Of a DNA stretch of 64,000 bases, positions 1-9,437 are shown in pieces (position 1 is the stretch's first letter; every line of letters starts with the position of its first letter). The DNA is from Micromonosporaceae bacterium. Its GTDB lineage: Bacteria > Actinomycetota > Actinomycetes > Mycobacteriales > Micromonosporaceae. The notes under the pieces were generated by a model. It ran no database searches and had not been told where the DNA came from. It saw only the letters and a list, made by a program, of their open reading frames with translations. The position numbers and the translations under genes are program-made. Location: assembly GCA_020027875.1 (NCBI GenBank), contig JAHRHA010000013.1, forward strand, positions 1,885-65,884. Direction: 5' to 3'.

Positions 1-443
1 AGTCGGTGGACACGTCGCCAGATCGACGACGTCACGCGCCGAGTGCGCGCCGAGATGCTCCGGTGGATGATCTACAGTTGTGGCCAGTCGACAACCGAGG
101 ACGGCCAGGCATTAGTCACCGTTGACCTCAGCCGGGTGCTGCCAGCGTTCGCCGAGTGGGCCAGCACCATATCGGAAGGCCTGTTGTCCCTTAACCCATG
201 GCTTACGCCTCGACCAACGCCGCGGCGGTGAAGACATAACCCTCCGGACCCTGCCCGCCGAACTTCAGGTACAGCGGTGTGGGGGAGTCCCGCCGAAACG
301 CACTGTCATGCCGCCGAGCGTGCCGTCTCAAAAAGATCGTCCGTCAGCAGACGTCTCATGTTGCTCGCGGGGGAGAACGGCCGTGCCGAGATCGGCTCTC
401 GCCGGACACCCTGTTGCGGGCGACCGCACACTCCTGCCGCAGT

Positions 444-1025
444 TCAGGTGAGCTGACCGCCGCTCGGCGGACCGGTGAGGACGGTGGGCACGTACTCGAG
501 GAGCTGCAGCCTGCCGTCGAACGTCCGGCTGGCGACCATTTCGAGGCTCACGTCAGGATATCCGTCGTAGATCCGCTCCCGCCCGGTGCTGCCGGTGAGG
601 ACTGGGAAGACGACCACCCGGAAGCGGTCGACGAGGCCTGCCTCGAGCAACGACCGGCACAAAGTGAGGCTGCCGATCGTGCGCAACGGACGGGCGCCAT
701 CCTCCTTCATCGACCGTACGGCCTCGACCGGGTCCTGGTCGACCAAGCGCGTGTTGGCCCACGCCAACGGGTTCTTCAGGGTCGAGGAGAACACCACCTT
801 GGACATCTCGGTCAGCTGCGCGAAGCTGGGGTCGTCGGACGTGGCCGCGAAGTCCGACATCAACCGGTACGTGGTCGCGCCCATCAGGGCCGTGTAATGG
901 CGTTCCGGCGACTGGTCGAGCCACGCCAGGTACTCGGGTCCCTCGAGGCCCCAGTAGCCGGGCCAACCCTCCGCCGAGGCGTAGCCGTCGAGCGAGGTGA
1001 TGAAGTCCACCAACAGTTCTGCCAT
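444..1025 (-). CDS. dihydrofolate reductase family protein (RibD C-terminal domain-like)
   Basis: 193-aa ORF with ATG start. 'MAELLVDFITSLDGY...' N-terminus and 'VDRFRVVVFPVLTGSTG' core are typical of RibD_C/DHFR-like reductases. Confidence 0.8.
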   Translation of the reverse strand: MAELLVDFITSLDGYASAEGWPGYWGLEGPEYLAWLDQSPERHYTALMGATTYRLMSDFAATSDDPSFAQLTEMSKVVFSSTLKNPLAWANTRLVDQDPVEAVRSMKEDGARPLRTIGSLTLCRSLLEAGLVDRFRVVVFPVLTGSTGRERIYDGYPDVSLEMVASRTFDGRLQLLEYVPTVLTGPPSGGQLT

Positions 1026-1332
1026 CGGGTTTCCCTTTGCTCGTGCTCCTCTTCACCATGCAGGCTGCGACGCTCACCGGCAACTCCATGTGATCGCCCT
1101 TCAGCCTGTCGTTGAGCTGAGGGTGTCCCAGGCAGCGGTGCGGTCTGCCGATGTTACCCGGTCAGCCGCTCGACCACAGCGACGACCGGACGGGATACCA
1201 CGGATTCGCGCACGCCCGATGCAACCGATCCGCCGGCGGCCGGCTGGGCGCCCACGACGTAGGCCACGCCATCCTCAAAGAGCTTCAACCTCTCCTATGC
1301 GGGAAACGACCTGTAACCCGACGGCTCCCTAA

Positions 1333-2334
1333 TCAGCCGCGGTCGACGATCTCCACCACCTGGTCTGCGGGCAGACGGGGAGTATGCGGAGGCCCGGCGT
1401 GCTCGGGATCCGCAGCGCCGAGGCGCAACACCAGGTAGGGCTCACCCACGCCAGAGAGTATGCGCCTCAGGGCCTGGCGTGTGCCGGGTACCTCGACCGC
1501 TGCGCTGAGCGGCAAAAGCGTCAGATCCAACTCGATCGCCGACAGCCAGGCCGCGCTCAGCGCCTCGCCACCGCGGAGCCAACCCATGGCCGAGTCCGCG
1601 TCACCGTACAGAATCGCATAGACCGCCGCGCGGTCGTGGCTGGGGCCGACTGGCAGAGCGCCACCGTGGCCGAAGTCGCGATTGGGCACCATTGTGGACG
1701 GTGGCTCGCTTGGAATGGCGGCGGCGGGGACGCCAAGTCCGTCCTCACGCGGTAGGCCGATCCAGTAGGACATCTCGTCTGTCCACGTGGGATCCATCGC
1801 TTCGACGGTACGCGCATGGTCTGCGGCGGAGGCGAGCTCGACGACGTCCTCCGGTCGGAGGTAGTGTACCCGCGCGCCCTCAGCGGTAACCGCGTGGCGG
1901 ATCCCCTCTAGCGCGGTGCCAGACACCGGACTCTCGGACACCGGCCGGCGGTCGGTACGGCGGATGCGTACGGTCTGAAGCAAGCGCATCGCGGCCGGTG
2001 TGACCTCGGTGCGGCCGGTGAGCGTCAGCCGGGCGAGCAGGTCAGGGTCGGCCCCATCGGGTAAGCGGTATACCTCGGCCGCCCAGCCCTCCGCGGCGAG
2101 AGCGAGCCGGACGTGGTGCAGCGCCGTACCACAGCTGACCGTGAGCAGCCGGCCGCTCGGGTCGGTGACGGCGAGCTGGCGACCGCGTTCGGCCCGAAGC
2201 TCCAGCGATCTCGCTCGCACCCGCCATCGCCACGGCTGCGTGTTGTGGATCGACGGAGCGTACCCGGCTGTCCGTGCCGCCTGTGCCAGAGCCGCCGTAG
2301 TTGTGGTGGGATCCAACTCATGGTCTGTGCTCAC
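1333..2334 (-). CDS. Acg-family (DosR-regulon type) nitroreductase-like protein
   Basis: 333 aa. N-terminal 'APSIHNTQPWRWRV' signature and two-lobed length match the Acg/Rv2032 class. Paralogous to 3781..4761 and 4793..5767. Confidence 0.85.
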   Translation of the reverse strand: MSTDHELDPTTTTAALAQAARTAGYAPSIHNTQPWRWRVRARSLELRAERGRQLAVTDPSGRLLTVSCGTALHHVRLALAAEGWAAEVYRLPDGADPDLLARLTLTGRTEVTPAAMRLLQTVRIRRTDRRPVSESPVSGTALEGIRHAVTAEGARVHYLRPEDVVELASAADHARTVEAMDPTWTDEMSYWIGLPREDGLGVPAAAIPSEPPSTMVPNRDFGHGGALPVGPSHDRAAVYAILYGDADSAMGWLRGGEALSAAWLSAIELDLTLLPLSAAVEVPGTRQALRRILSGVGEPYLVLRLGAADPEHAGPPHTPRLPADQVVEIVDRG

Positions 2335-2519
2335 AATCGGTTCCCTCCCTCGTTGTGGTTCATCGTCGCCCGGGACCGGTGATCAGACCAGGGTCGCTGT
2401 GACCGGGGGAGGTGGGACCTTCGACTCTGCCATACCCGCGTTTGGGGCGTTTGCCCTTCGCGCCGGCGCCGGGGAGCGAGATGCTGGTCGGGTAGACGAC
2501 CTACAGGGAGGTGGACGAG

Positions 2520-2933
2520 ATGGGTGACGTGGGTTCGTCCGACGTCGCGGTGATGGACGTGCTGCGTACGGTCGCCGACCGCACAACCGTACGAACGGTG
2601 TTCGGAGAACCGGTCACGCAGAACGGCGTGACCGTCATACCGGTCGCCCGAGTCAGTGGTGCCGGTGGCGGGGGCGGCGGCTCCGGGCCGAGCGGCAGCT
2701 ACGGGCCGGGCGGCGACGGCTCCTACGGCAGCGGCACCGGTGGTGGCATAGCTCTTGCCGCGAAACCGGTCGGCGTCTTCGTCCTCAGCAATGACACGGT
2801 GCGGTGGCGGCCGTCCGTGGACGTCAACAGGGTCATCCTGGGCGGTCAGGTGGTGGCGGTCGTGGCGCTGCTGGTGCTGCGCGCCCTCATCAAGGCGCAG
2901 CGCACCTCGAAGCGCAAGCGCCGAGGTCGTTAG
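2520..2933 (+). CDS. GerW/YtfJ-family sporulation-type protein with Gly-rich linker and C-terminal TM helix
   Basis: 'VFGEPVTQNGVTVIPVARVSGAGGGGGG...' is the GerW/YtfJ pattern. ATG at 2520 lies 9 nt after GGGAGG; the ORF track opens at GTG 2511. Confidence 0.75.
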   Translation: MGDVGSSDVAVMDVLRTVADRTTVRTVFGEPVTQNGVTVIPVARVSGAGGGGGGSGPSGSYGPGGDGSYGSGTGGGIALAAKPVGVFVLSNDTVRWRPSVDVNRVILGGQVVAVVALLVLRALIKAQRTSKRKRRGR

Positions 2934-2961
2934 CGCCGCAGCGGACCCGTCCGAAGAGTGG

Positions 2962-3600
2962 TCAATGCCGCTCGCCGAGCAATCGCGTCGCGAGAACCGC
3001 TGCCTGCGTGCGACGCTCGAGACCGAGCTTCGCGAGCAGGCTCGACACGTAGTTCTTCACGGTCTTCTCCGCGAGGAACATCTTCGCAGCGATCTCCCGG
3101 TTGGTGAGTCCTTCGGCGACGTAGATCAGGATGCGTCGCTCCTGCTCGGTAAGTGACTTGAGTTCATGCGGTTCCTCGACGCCGTTGCGGATGCGTTCGA
3201 GGACTCGCTGCGTGACGGCCGGGTCCAGCATGGACTGACCGGAGGCGACCCTCCGGACGGCGTCGACGAGGTCGGTGCCGCGAATCTGCTTGAGCACATA
3301 TCCGGCGGCTCCGGCCATGATCGCAGCGAAGAGCGCCTCGTCATCCTCGTATGAGGTGAGGATGAGGCCTTTGATCGAGGGGTCCACGGATCGGACATCG
3401 CGGCAGACGTCGATGCCGCTGCCGTCGGGGAGCCGAGCGTCGAGGACGGCCACATCCGGTCGCAGCGCCGGGATGCGCCTGGCGGCCTCATGCGCGGAAC
3501 CGGACTCGCCGATCACCTCGATATCGCCGTCGTGCTGGAGCAGCTCGCGGAGGCCGGCGCGTACCACCTCGTGGTCGTCGAGCAGAAAGACCCGGATCAT
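2962..3600 (-). CDS. NarL/LuxR-family response regulator, DevR/DosR-like
   Basis: 'MIRVFLLDDHEVVRAGL...DVAVLDARLPDGSG' receiver plus 'LTEQERRILIYVAEGLTNREIAAKMFLAEKTVKNYVSSLLAKLG' HTH. The 384-aa track ORF was trimmed to the ATG at 3600. Confidence 0.9.
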   Translation of the reverse strand: MIRVFLLDDHEVVRAGLRELLQHDGDIEVIGESGSAHEAARRIPALRPDVAVLDARLPDGSGIDVCRDVRSVDPSIKGLILTSYEDDEALFAAIMAGAAGYVLKQIRGTDLVDAVRRVASGQSMLDPAVTQRVLERIRNGVEEPHELKSLTEQERRILIYVAEGLTNREIAAKMFLAEKTVKNYVSSLLAKLGLERRTQAAVLATRLLGERH

Positions 3601-3780
3601 GTCCACATTCTTACCCGACCGGCGACCGCAGCCGCACCGGGCCGAAGGTCCCGACTCGGTGGGGCCTACGTCCTCGCCCGCGGCGGTGGTTCGGGTAGGT
3701 GTGCCCAGGCGGTTGGGGTCTTCCGGCCCTGCCCACCACGGCAGGTGTCGGGCAGCCTCGAGCGAAACAGGAGGTCGGCC

Positions 3781-4761
3781 ATGTCGAAGATCCACCATGA
3801 TGTCCTGACTGCCGCGGCGCAGGACGCGCTGCGGGCCCCGTCGGTGCTTAACACCCAGCCGTGGCGGTGGCGAATCGATGCCGACGTGCTCGAGCTCCAT
3901 GCGGACAGAGACCGGCAACTCCCCGTCGCCGACCCGGGCGGGCGGCTGCTTCTGCTCAGTTGTGGCGCAACGCTGCACCACGCGCGCATCGCCATGGCTG
4001 CCGCGGGTTGGAGCGCGCAGGTCCGGCGGATGGCCGACACGTTCACCGATGACCTTCTGGCACGCATCCTCGTGGGCGCACCCAAGCAATCGTCGGCCGA
4101 TGAGCGCGCCATGCACCAGGCGATTGACCGGCGGCGCACCGATCGCCGGCCCTTCGGCGACGAGCCGGTGCCGCCCGAGGCGGTGCAGAAGCTAGTGGCC
4201 GCCGCCGAGGCGGAGCAGACAAAACTGCACCGGGTACCCATAGGGCAGATGCCGATCCTCGCGATCGCCGCCGCCGCCGGCGACGCGGAGATGTCCGATC
4301 CGCAGTACCGCGGCGAGCTCATGCGGTGGGCCAACCGTCCATCGTGGAGCGGCGACAGCGTACCGGCAGACACGATCGTACGGCGGGTTCCGCGCCGGGT
4401 GCCGGTACGCGAGCTCACAATGCCACCGCAGGAAGGCATGACGGTGCAACCGGGGGGCGACCGTGGAGCTGCCTACTTCGTCCTGTTCGGCGACGGTGAC
4501 GACGCACCCGACTGGTTGCGCGCAGGGGAGGCTCTCTCGGCCGTTCTGCTGACCGCCGTCGCGCTCGGTCTGTCGGTCGCGCCGATAAGCGACGTCATCG
4601 AGGTGGCGCATCCGCGCGAACTGGTTCGCGGACTGCTCGCCGGACGTGGCCACCCGTACATCGTTCTCCGCTGCGGACTCGGAGGCCCTACGGAGGACCT
4701 CGCCACCGCGCCACGGCGTGATCCCGCGGAGGTCATTCGAGAACGTTCGGATCCACAATGA
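3781..4761 (+). CDS. Acg-family nitroreductase-like protein
   Basis: 'APSVLNTQPWRWRI' signature, ~326 aa. ATG at 3781 preceded by AGGAGG; the upstream part of the track ORF was rejected. Confidence 0.85.
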   Translation: MSKIHHDVLTAAAQDALRAPSVLNTQPWRWRIDADVLELHADRDRQLPVADPGGRLLLLSCGATLHHARIAMAAAGWSAQVRRMADTFTDDLLARILVGAPKQSSADERAMHQAIDRRRTDRRPFGDEPVPPEAVQKLVAAAEAEQTKLHRVPIGQMPILAIAAAAGDAEMSDPQYRGELMRWANRPSWSGDSVPADTIVRRVPRRVPVRELTMPPQEGMTVQPGGDRGAAYFVLFGDGDDAPDWLRAGEALSAVLLTAVALGLSVAPISDVIEVAHPRELVRGLLAGRGHPYIVLRCGLGGPTEDLATAPRRDPAEVIRERSDPQ

Positions 4762-4792
4762 ACCCCGACCCGGCACCGAAGGGCGCTACGCC

Positions 4793-5767
4793 ATGACTGC
4801 GACCAGCATTGACGAGCCGACCTTCCGCGCCGCGGTCGAAGCAGCCGTCCGGGCGCCATCGCTGCACAACTGCCAACCGTGGCGTTTTCGGCGGCAATCG
4901 GACTCGATCGAGGTCCTCGCCGACCCTGCCCGTGGCCTGCCCTCGTCCGACCCGACCGGGTGGGCCGTGCACATCGCGTGCGGTGCGGCCACCTTCAACA
5001 TGCGGTTGGCACTCGCCGTGATGCAGCGCCCTGTCGACGTGCGCTGGCGACCATACCCCGCCGACACGCTGGTGGTGGCGGCTCTGACGCCGGCAGCTCC
5101 GCGGTCGGCCACGCCGCTGGAGCAGCGGCTATTTGCGGCGATCCCGCGCCGACACAGCAACCGCGATCCGTTCTGGCCCGACCCGGTGCCGGTCGACGCC
5201 CGCGCTCGGCTACTCGAAGCGGCCGGCGCCGAGGCGGCCTGGCTGGAACTGGTCACCGGGACGGCGGCGGTCGGTGCGGTCGCGGAGATCGCCCACGCCG
5301 CCAGCCGCGTGTTGAACCGGAGCCCTAGCTACGTGGCCGAGTTGGCCGCGTGGACCCGGCCCGATGACACCGCCAGCGACGGCGTTCCCGCTTCGGCCGG
5401 CGGTCCCAGCCCCGAGCCGCAGGATCTGTTTCCGCAACGGCCGTTCGGCGACCGAGAACGGGCAATCGGTCGAGACTTCGAAGCCGAGCCACTCGTCGCC
5501 GTACTCGGGACACCGGGGAATCTACCGAGCGACCAGCTCGCGGCAGGGCAGGCGCTGCAGCGCGTGCTCCTCACCATCACCGATCTCGGCCTCACCGCCT
5601 CGATGCTCTCGCAGCCGATCGAGGTGCCTGCCGCCCGCGAACAGCTCCGACTAGCCCTGGGCCGTTACGGCACACCGCAGATGGTGCTGCGCATCGGGTA
5701 CGGCCAGCCGGGCTACCCGACCCCGCGCCGCGGCGCGGCCGAGGTTATCGACGTCGTCGAGGGCTGA
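4793..5767 (+). CDS. Acg-family nitroreductase-like protein
   Basis: 'APSLHNCQPWRFRR' signature, ~324 aa. Starts 31 nt after the previous paralogue, so likely co-transcribed. Confidence 0.85.
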   Translation: MTATSIDEPTFRAAVEAAVRAPSLHNCQPWRFRRQSDSIEVLADPARGLPSSDPTGWAVHIACGAATFNMRLALAVMQRPVDVRWRPYPADTLVVAALTPAAPRSATPLEQRLFAAIPRRHSNRDPFWPDPVPVDARARLLEAAGAEAAWLELVTGTAAVGAVAEIAHAASRVLNRSPSYVAELAAWTRPDDTASDGVPASAGGPSPEPQDLFPQRPFGDRERAIGRDFEAEPLVAVLGTPGNLPSDQLAAGQALQRVLLTITDLGLTASMLSQPIEVPAAREQLRLALGRYGTPQMVLRIGYGQPGYPTPRRGAAEVIDVVEG

Positions 5768-5842
5768 ACCCGCTGGGCCGCTTGAACCGGGCGGGAGCGC
5801 CGTGGCCCGTCGATCTTCCTGTCGCCCGGGTGGTTCAGTCCG

Positions 5843-7312
5843 TCAGCGGGCCGTGACTGGCGTGGCGGTTGAGGCTGCGTCCGACTGTGCGGGCGCCCCC
5901 ACGGCCGGAGATCCGGATGAGGCGCGTAAGCCGCTGGTGATCGCCAGACCGCCGGTTGGCACGACCATCGGGACGTGGAACGTGCCGCCGGTCGGGGCGC
6001 TCGCCACCGGGATCACCGCGTATGCGTTGCCACCGGCCAGCACCGAGGTGGAGATGTAGTCGCCGAACATCCGACCCTGTGAGGTGTTGGGCAGCCAGGA
6101 CAGGGTCATCGGGCCGGCGAGCTGGGTCGCGGTGCTCCACGTCGTTCCGCCGTTGGTGGAGGAGATGAAACCGACGTTGAGCTGGCAGGTCGCCGCGGTG
6201 CATGACGAGTTCGGGTAGAAGTAGTAGGTCAGGCCGATTCGAGCGCTGCCGCCCGAAGTCGACTTATCCACGCCGATGCCCGGCACGAAATGCTCCACCG
6301 TGCTCGACGTTGCGTCGATCGGAACGCGGGTCACCGAGCCCCAGGTCGTTTCACTTGTCGACTTACTCAGCACGATGTCGTTACGCGTGCAGCCGGAGCG
6401 GAAACGGCAGTCGGCCCACGCGACGTAGGCCGTGCCGGCTGAGTCGATCTCAGCCGAAGGCAATGGTGACTCCCGCAGCCCGCCGGCGACCGTGTGGTGG
6501 CTGATGGATGAGACCAGGACGGTCGCTCGCCAGCTCGCGCCGCCATCGATGGAGCGGAACGAGCGGATCTGGCTGGCGTTCGTGGCCCGATAGGGCACGA
6601 GCACAGTGCCGTTGGGCCGCACAACGGGTTGGCCGCCGAGCCCGGTCGCACCGCCGTTAGGAGAGAGCGCCGCACCCCAGGTCAGACCGCCGTTGGTGGA
6701 GCGCTTCATCCGGATCTGGTTGCCGCTGGTGATGTCGTACTGGGTGTAGCAGTTGCCGAAGAACGGGCTCGACGCCGTGTTGTCGCAGACGATCCAGTTC
6801 TTGTCCAGGTTTCCGGTTGCGGTGGTGATCGGGTTGCTCCAGGTCAGACCCCCGTTTGTGGACCGGCTGGTCAACACGTTGACCTGGCTTCCGCTGAGGC
6901 CCAGCGACGAGATCAACCAGACGTTGTCCTGCGCGTCGTACGCGACCGATGGGTCGCTTACCTGCAGGTACGTGCCTCCCGCGTTGGTGGTGATGCCTGG
7001 CAGGAAGCCGTTGGTCCAGGTCGCGCCGCCGTTGGTGGAGGTGGCCCAGCCGACGTTGGAGGCGCCGCCACCGAAGACACGGCCCACCTGGAATGCGGAG
7101 ACGATCGTGTTGCCGAACTGGAACGTGTCCGGTTCGACCTCGGTCTGGTGTTGGGCCTGGGCATCGGTGTACGGGTCGTTGCTGACCTGGGTCAGCGCGA
7201 CGTTTGCGTACGCGGTCGTCGTCGTGAGTAGCAGCACGGCGGCGACGGCGGGCACGACCAGCGCGACGACGCGTGCGGATCGCGCACGTGCGGTGCGGCG
7301 AACGGAATGCAT
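5843..7312 (-). CDS. secreted BNR/Asp-box repeat (sialidase-fold) protein
   Basis: Signal peptide 'ARVVALVVPAVAAVLLLTTTTAYA'. Five Asp-box repeats (STNGGATW, STNGGLTW x2, SIDGGASW, STNGGTTW). Start trimmed to MHSVRR. Confidence 0.8.
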   Translation of the reverse strand: MHSVRRTARARSARVVALVVPAVAAVLLLTTTTAYANVALTQVSNDPYTDAQAQHQTEVEPDTFQFGNTIVSAFQVGRVFGGGASNVGWATSTNGGATWTNGFLPGITTNAGGTYLQVSDPSVAYDAQDNVWLISSLGLSGSQVNVLTSRSTNGGLTWSNPITTATGNLDKNWIVCDNTASSPFFGNCYTQYDITSGNQIRMKRSTNGGLTWGAALSPNGGATGLGGQPVVRPNGTVLVPYRATNASQIRSFRSIDGGASWRATVLVSSISHHTVAGGLRESPLPSAEIDSAGTAYVAWADCRFRSGCTRNDIVLSKSTSETTWGSVTRVPIDATSSTVEHFVPGIGVDKSTSGGSARIGLTYYFYPNSSCTAATCQLNVGFISSTNGGTTWSTATQLAGPMTLSWLPNTSQGRMFGDYISTSVLAGGNAYAVIPVASAPTGGTFHVPMVVPTGGLAITSGLRASSGSPAVGAPAQSDAASTATPVTAR

Positions 7313-7459
7313 GGTGCCATCACCTTTTCTGGTGCCGGGGGAACGCTGCGGTTGCAGCGCAATCAAGGTGGGCAAATTTGGCGATCCGCGGACCACGGCT
7401 CGACGCTTGTCTATCAGATCGCGGCAGCGAGGGCAACACGTAGCGACGGGAAGGGCACG

Positions 7460-7768
7460 CTACGTGATCAGCTGCCTGATGCCCGAATCAAACGCCACGG
7501 TGATGGAGATGAATTGACCGGGCAGGACGTCGACGTCGACGGGCGCGGCGGCCGGCAGCGGGCCGACATCAGCGACGGGCAGTTGGGCCACCAATGGCCT
7601 GTCCGGGCACGGCGATGACTCCATGATTAATGGGCAGCCTCCGTCGACCACGGTTCCGGACGGCCTATAGAAGCGGTGGACATCGGCACGGATGCGCGGC
7701 AACCTGGAAGGCGTGAGACAACGGCCGAGCGGCCGGTGTCCGCTGTACGAGTCAGGGAGGCTGACCAT
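7460..7768 (-). CDS. hypothetical protein, shortened paralogue of lipoprotein 15444..15923 (possibly a gene remnant)
   Basis: Shares 'VDGGCP..SSPCP' and C-terminal 'ITVAFDSGIRQ' with 15444..15923, but lacks a signal peptide and ~30 central residues. Start is uncertain. Confidence 0.3.
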   Translation of the reverse strand: MVSLPDSYSGHRPLGRCLTPSRLPRIRADVHRFYRPSGTVVDGGCPLIMESSPCPDRPLVAQLPVADVGPLPAAAPVDVDVLPGQFISITVAFDSGIRQLIT

Positions 7769-8189
7769 GCGAGGTCGCCGCGTCGCGCGGGTCAAGGGCC
7801 CGAGACCGACGCTCTATGTTCGCAAGGGTCGTTGCCGCCGCGTGCGGGTAATCGTCAGCCACCGGGACCGTGCATTGATCTTCCAGGGTCGGGCTCCGGT
7901 GCTGCTGGTGTTGATCGCCCTCGTGGCCGCCACGCTGAGCACCGCGGTGATCACCGGATACCTGCGGGCCGGCTCCGCCATTGGGGGAGCGCTTGTGCTG
8001 GCCTGGCTGGCATACGGGCTCCGGGTGATGCGCCTGACACCCGACGGACCCCGCGGCGATGGCCCGGCCCCGCCCGGTGGCGCCGGTGTCCGCGAGCCGC
8101 GCCGCCCTCGACCGCACTCACCGGCTGGCGCCGCAGCCCGACCGTACGACAACGAAGAACCACCCGGCCGGGCGGTCGCGCTCGCCTGA
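7767..8189 (+). CDS. small membrane protein (two predicted TM helices), hypothetical
   Basis: ATG at 7767 six nt after GGGAGG. Hydrophobic 'APVLLVLIALVAATLSTAVITGY' and 'GGALVLAWLAYGL' segments; G/C-rich third positions. Confidence 0.5.
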   Translation: MRGRRVARVKGPRPTLYVRKGRCRRVRVIVSHRDRALIFQGRAPVLLVLIALVAATLSTAVITGYLRAGSAIGGALVLAWLAYGLRVMRLTPDGPRGDGPAPPGGAGVREPRRPRPHSPAGAAARPYDNEEPPGRAVALA

Positions 8190-8357
8190 CGGGGCCGACG
8201 CATCGATCGGCTACCCGACTGCCGGTGCGGGAGGTACCGTGCATTCAGGCATTCGTCGGTGGCGTCGTTTGTTCCGCTCGCCGCGCACGACGGCCGTCGC
8301 CCAGGACCCCGGCGGCACAGCACTCGTTGACCGCGATGTGTAGTCCGGGAGTCCACG

Positions 8358-9428
8358 ATGCGATCGTCTGAAGTCGAAACCGCTTCACGCCGGGGCGGGC
8401 CTGCCATGGTGTCGACACCGCCGGAGCGCGGTACCGCGTACGCCCAACTATCCCGCCAGATCAAGCAGGCGGGACTCATGCGGCGGCGGTCCCGCTACTA
8501 CCTCTGGAAGATCGCGGTCACCGCCGGGCTGTTGGTCGCCGGCTGGGCCGGATTCGTCTTGGTGGGCGACTCGTGGTGGCAACTTGGCGTGGCCGCCTTC
8601 CTGGCCGTGGTCTTCACGCAGATCGGCTTTCTCGGTCACGACGCCGGCCATGGGCAGATCTTCGGCTCGCGGCGAGCCAACTACATCGTCGGCATCCTGC
8701 ACGGGAACCTGGCCATCGGACTGAGCTACGGCTGGTGGGTGGATAAGCACAACCGCCACCATGCCCACCCCAACAGTGAGGACAAAGACCCCGACGTAAG
8801 GGTCAAGCCGTTGGCCTTCACCGCCGGCCAGGCACGGGCCAGCCGGGGCATGGCCCGCCTGATGCACCGCTACCAGGCATACCTGTTCTTCCCCCTGCTG
8901 CTCCTCGAGGCCATCAGCCTGCATGTCAACAGCATCAAGGCGCTGGCCGGTCGAGCGGCCCGCCACCGCTCACGGGAGTCGTTGCTGCTCGCCATCCACG
9001 TCGTCGGATACCTATCCCTGGTGTTCCTCGTGCTGTCCCCGGTCAAGGCCCTGGTGTTCATCGCCGTCCAGCAAGGACTGTTCGGCCTTTACCTGGGTTG
9101 CTCCTTTGCGCCCAACCACAAGGGCATGCCCATGCTCGACCCCGCGGACGAAAGCGACTTCCTGCGCCGCCAGGTGCTCACCTCCCGCAACGTGCGCGGT
9201 GGGTGGCTCACCGACTTCGCGTTGGGCGGCCTGAACTATCAGATCGAGCATCATCTGTTCCCATCGATGCCGCGCCCTAACTTGAAACGATCCCAGACGC
9301 TGATCAGAACGTTCTGCCAGGAGCACAGTCTCACCTACTGCCAGACGACCCTGGTGGACTCCTACGCGCAGGCGCTGCGTCACCTGGCCGCGGTCGGCAG
9401 GGCCGCGCAGCCCGGCCTCGTCGCCTGA
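8358..9428 (+). CDS. membrane fatty acid desaturase (histidine-box family)
   Basis: Three His boxes (HDAGH, HNRHH, QIEHH) with TM segments. ATG preceded by GGGAG; an alternative ATG lies at 8406. Confidence 0.9.
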   Translation: MRSSEVETASRRGGPAMVSTPPERGTAYAQLSRQIKQAGLMRRRSRYYLWKIAVTAGLLVAGWAGFVLVGDSWWQLGVAAFLAVVFTQIGFLGHDAGHGQIFGSRRANYIVGILHGNLAIGLSYGWWVDKHNRHHAHPNSEDKDPDVRVKPLAFTAGQARASRGMARLMHRYQAYLFFPLLLLEAISLHVNSIKALAGRAARHRSRESLLLAIHVVGYLSLVFLVLSPVKALVFIAVQQGLFGLYLGCSFAPNHKGMPMLDPADESDFLRRQVLTSRNVRGGWLTDFALGGLNYQIEHHLFPSMPRPNLKRSQTLIRTFCQEHSLTYCQTTLVDSYAQALRHLAAVGRAAQPGLVA

Positions 9429-9437
9429 CCCACAGTG

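Noticed and set aside
1-443. Partial ORF at the left edge (frame 1 to the stop at 229..231) and a short minus-strand ORF ending '...PLYLKFGGQGPEGYVFTAAALVEA*' near 225..350
   Set aside because: No recognisable motif, no clear start codon or RBS, and a length under 80 aa. This is too little evidence to call either.
3601-4116. N-terminal extensions of track ORFs (2962..4116, 3490..4761, 4646..5767, 32144..34609, 32984..34597, 18393..20141, 36613..37944, 35831..37204, 50628..53972, 56002..57174, 57430..58353)
   Set aside because: In each case the recognisable domain begins at an internal ATG or GTG with a plausible Shine-Dalgarno sequence or stop/start overlap. The upstream part is Arg/Pro-rich, overlaps a neighbouring gene, or both, so starts were trimmed.
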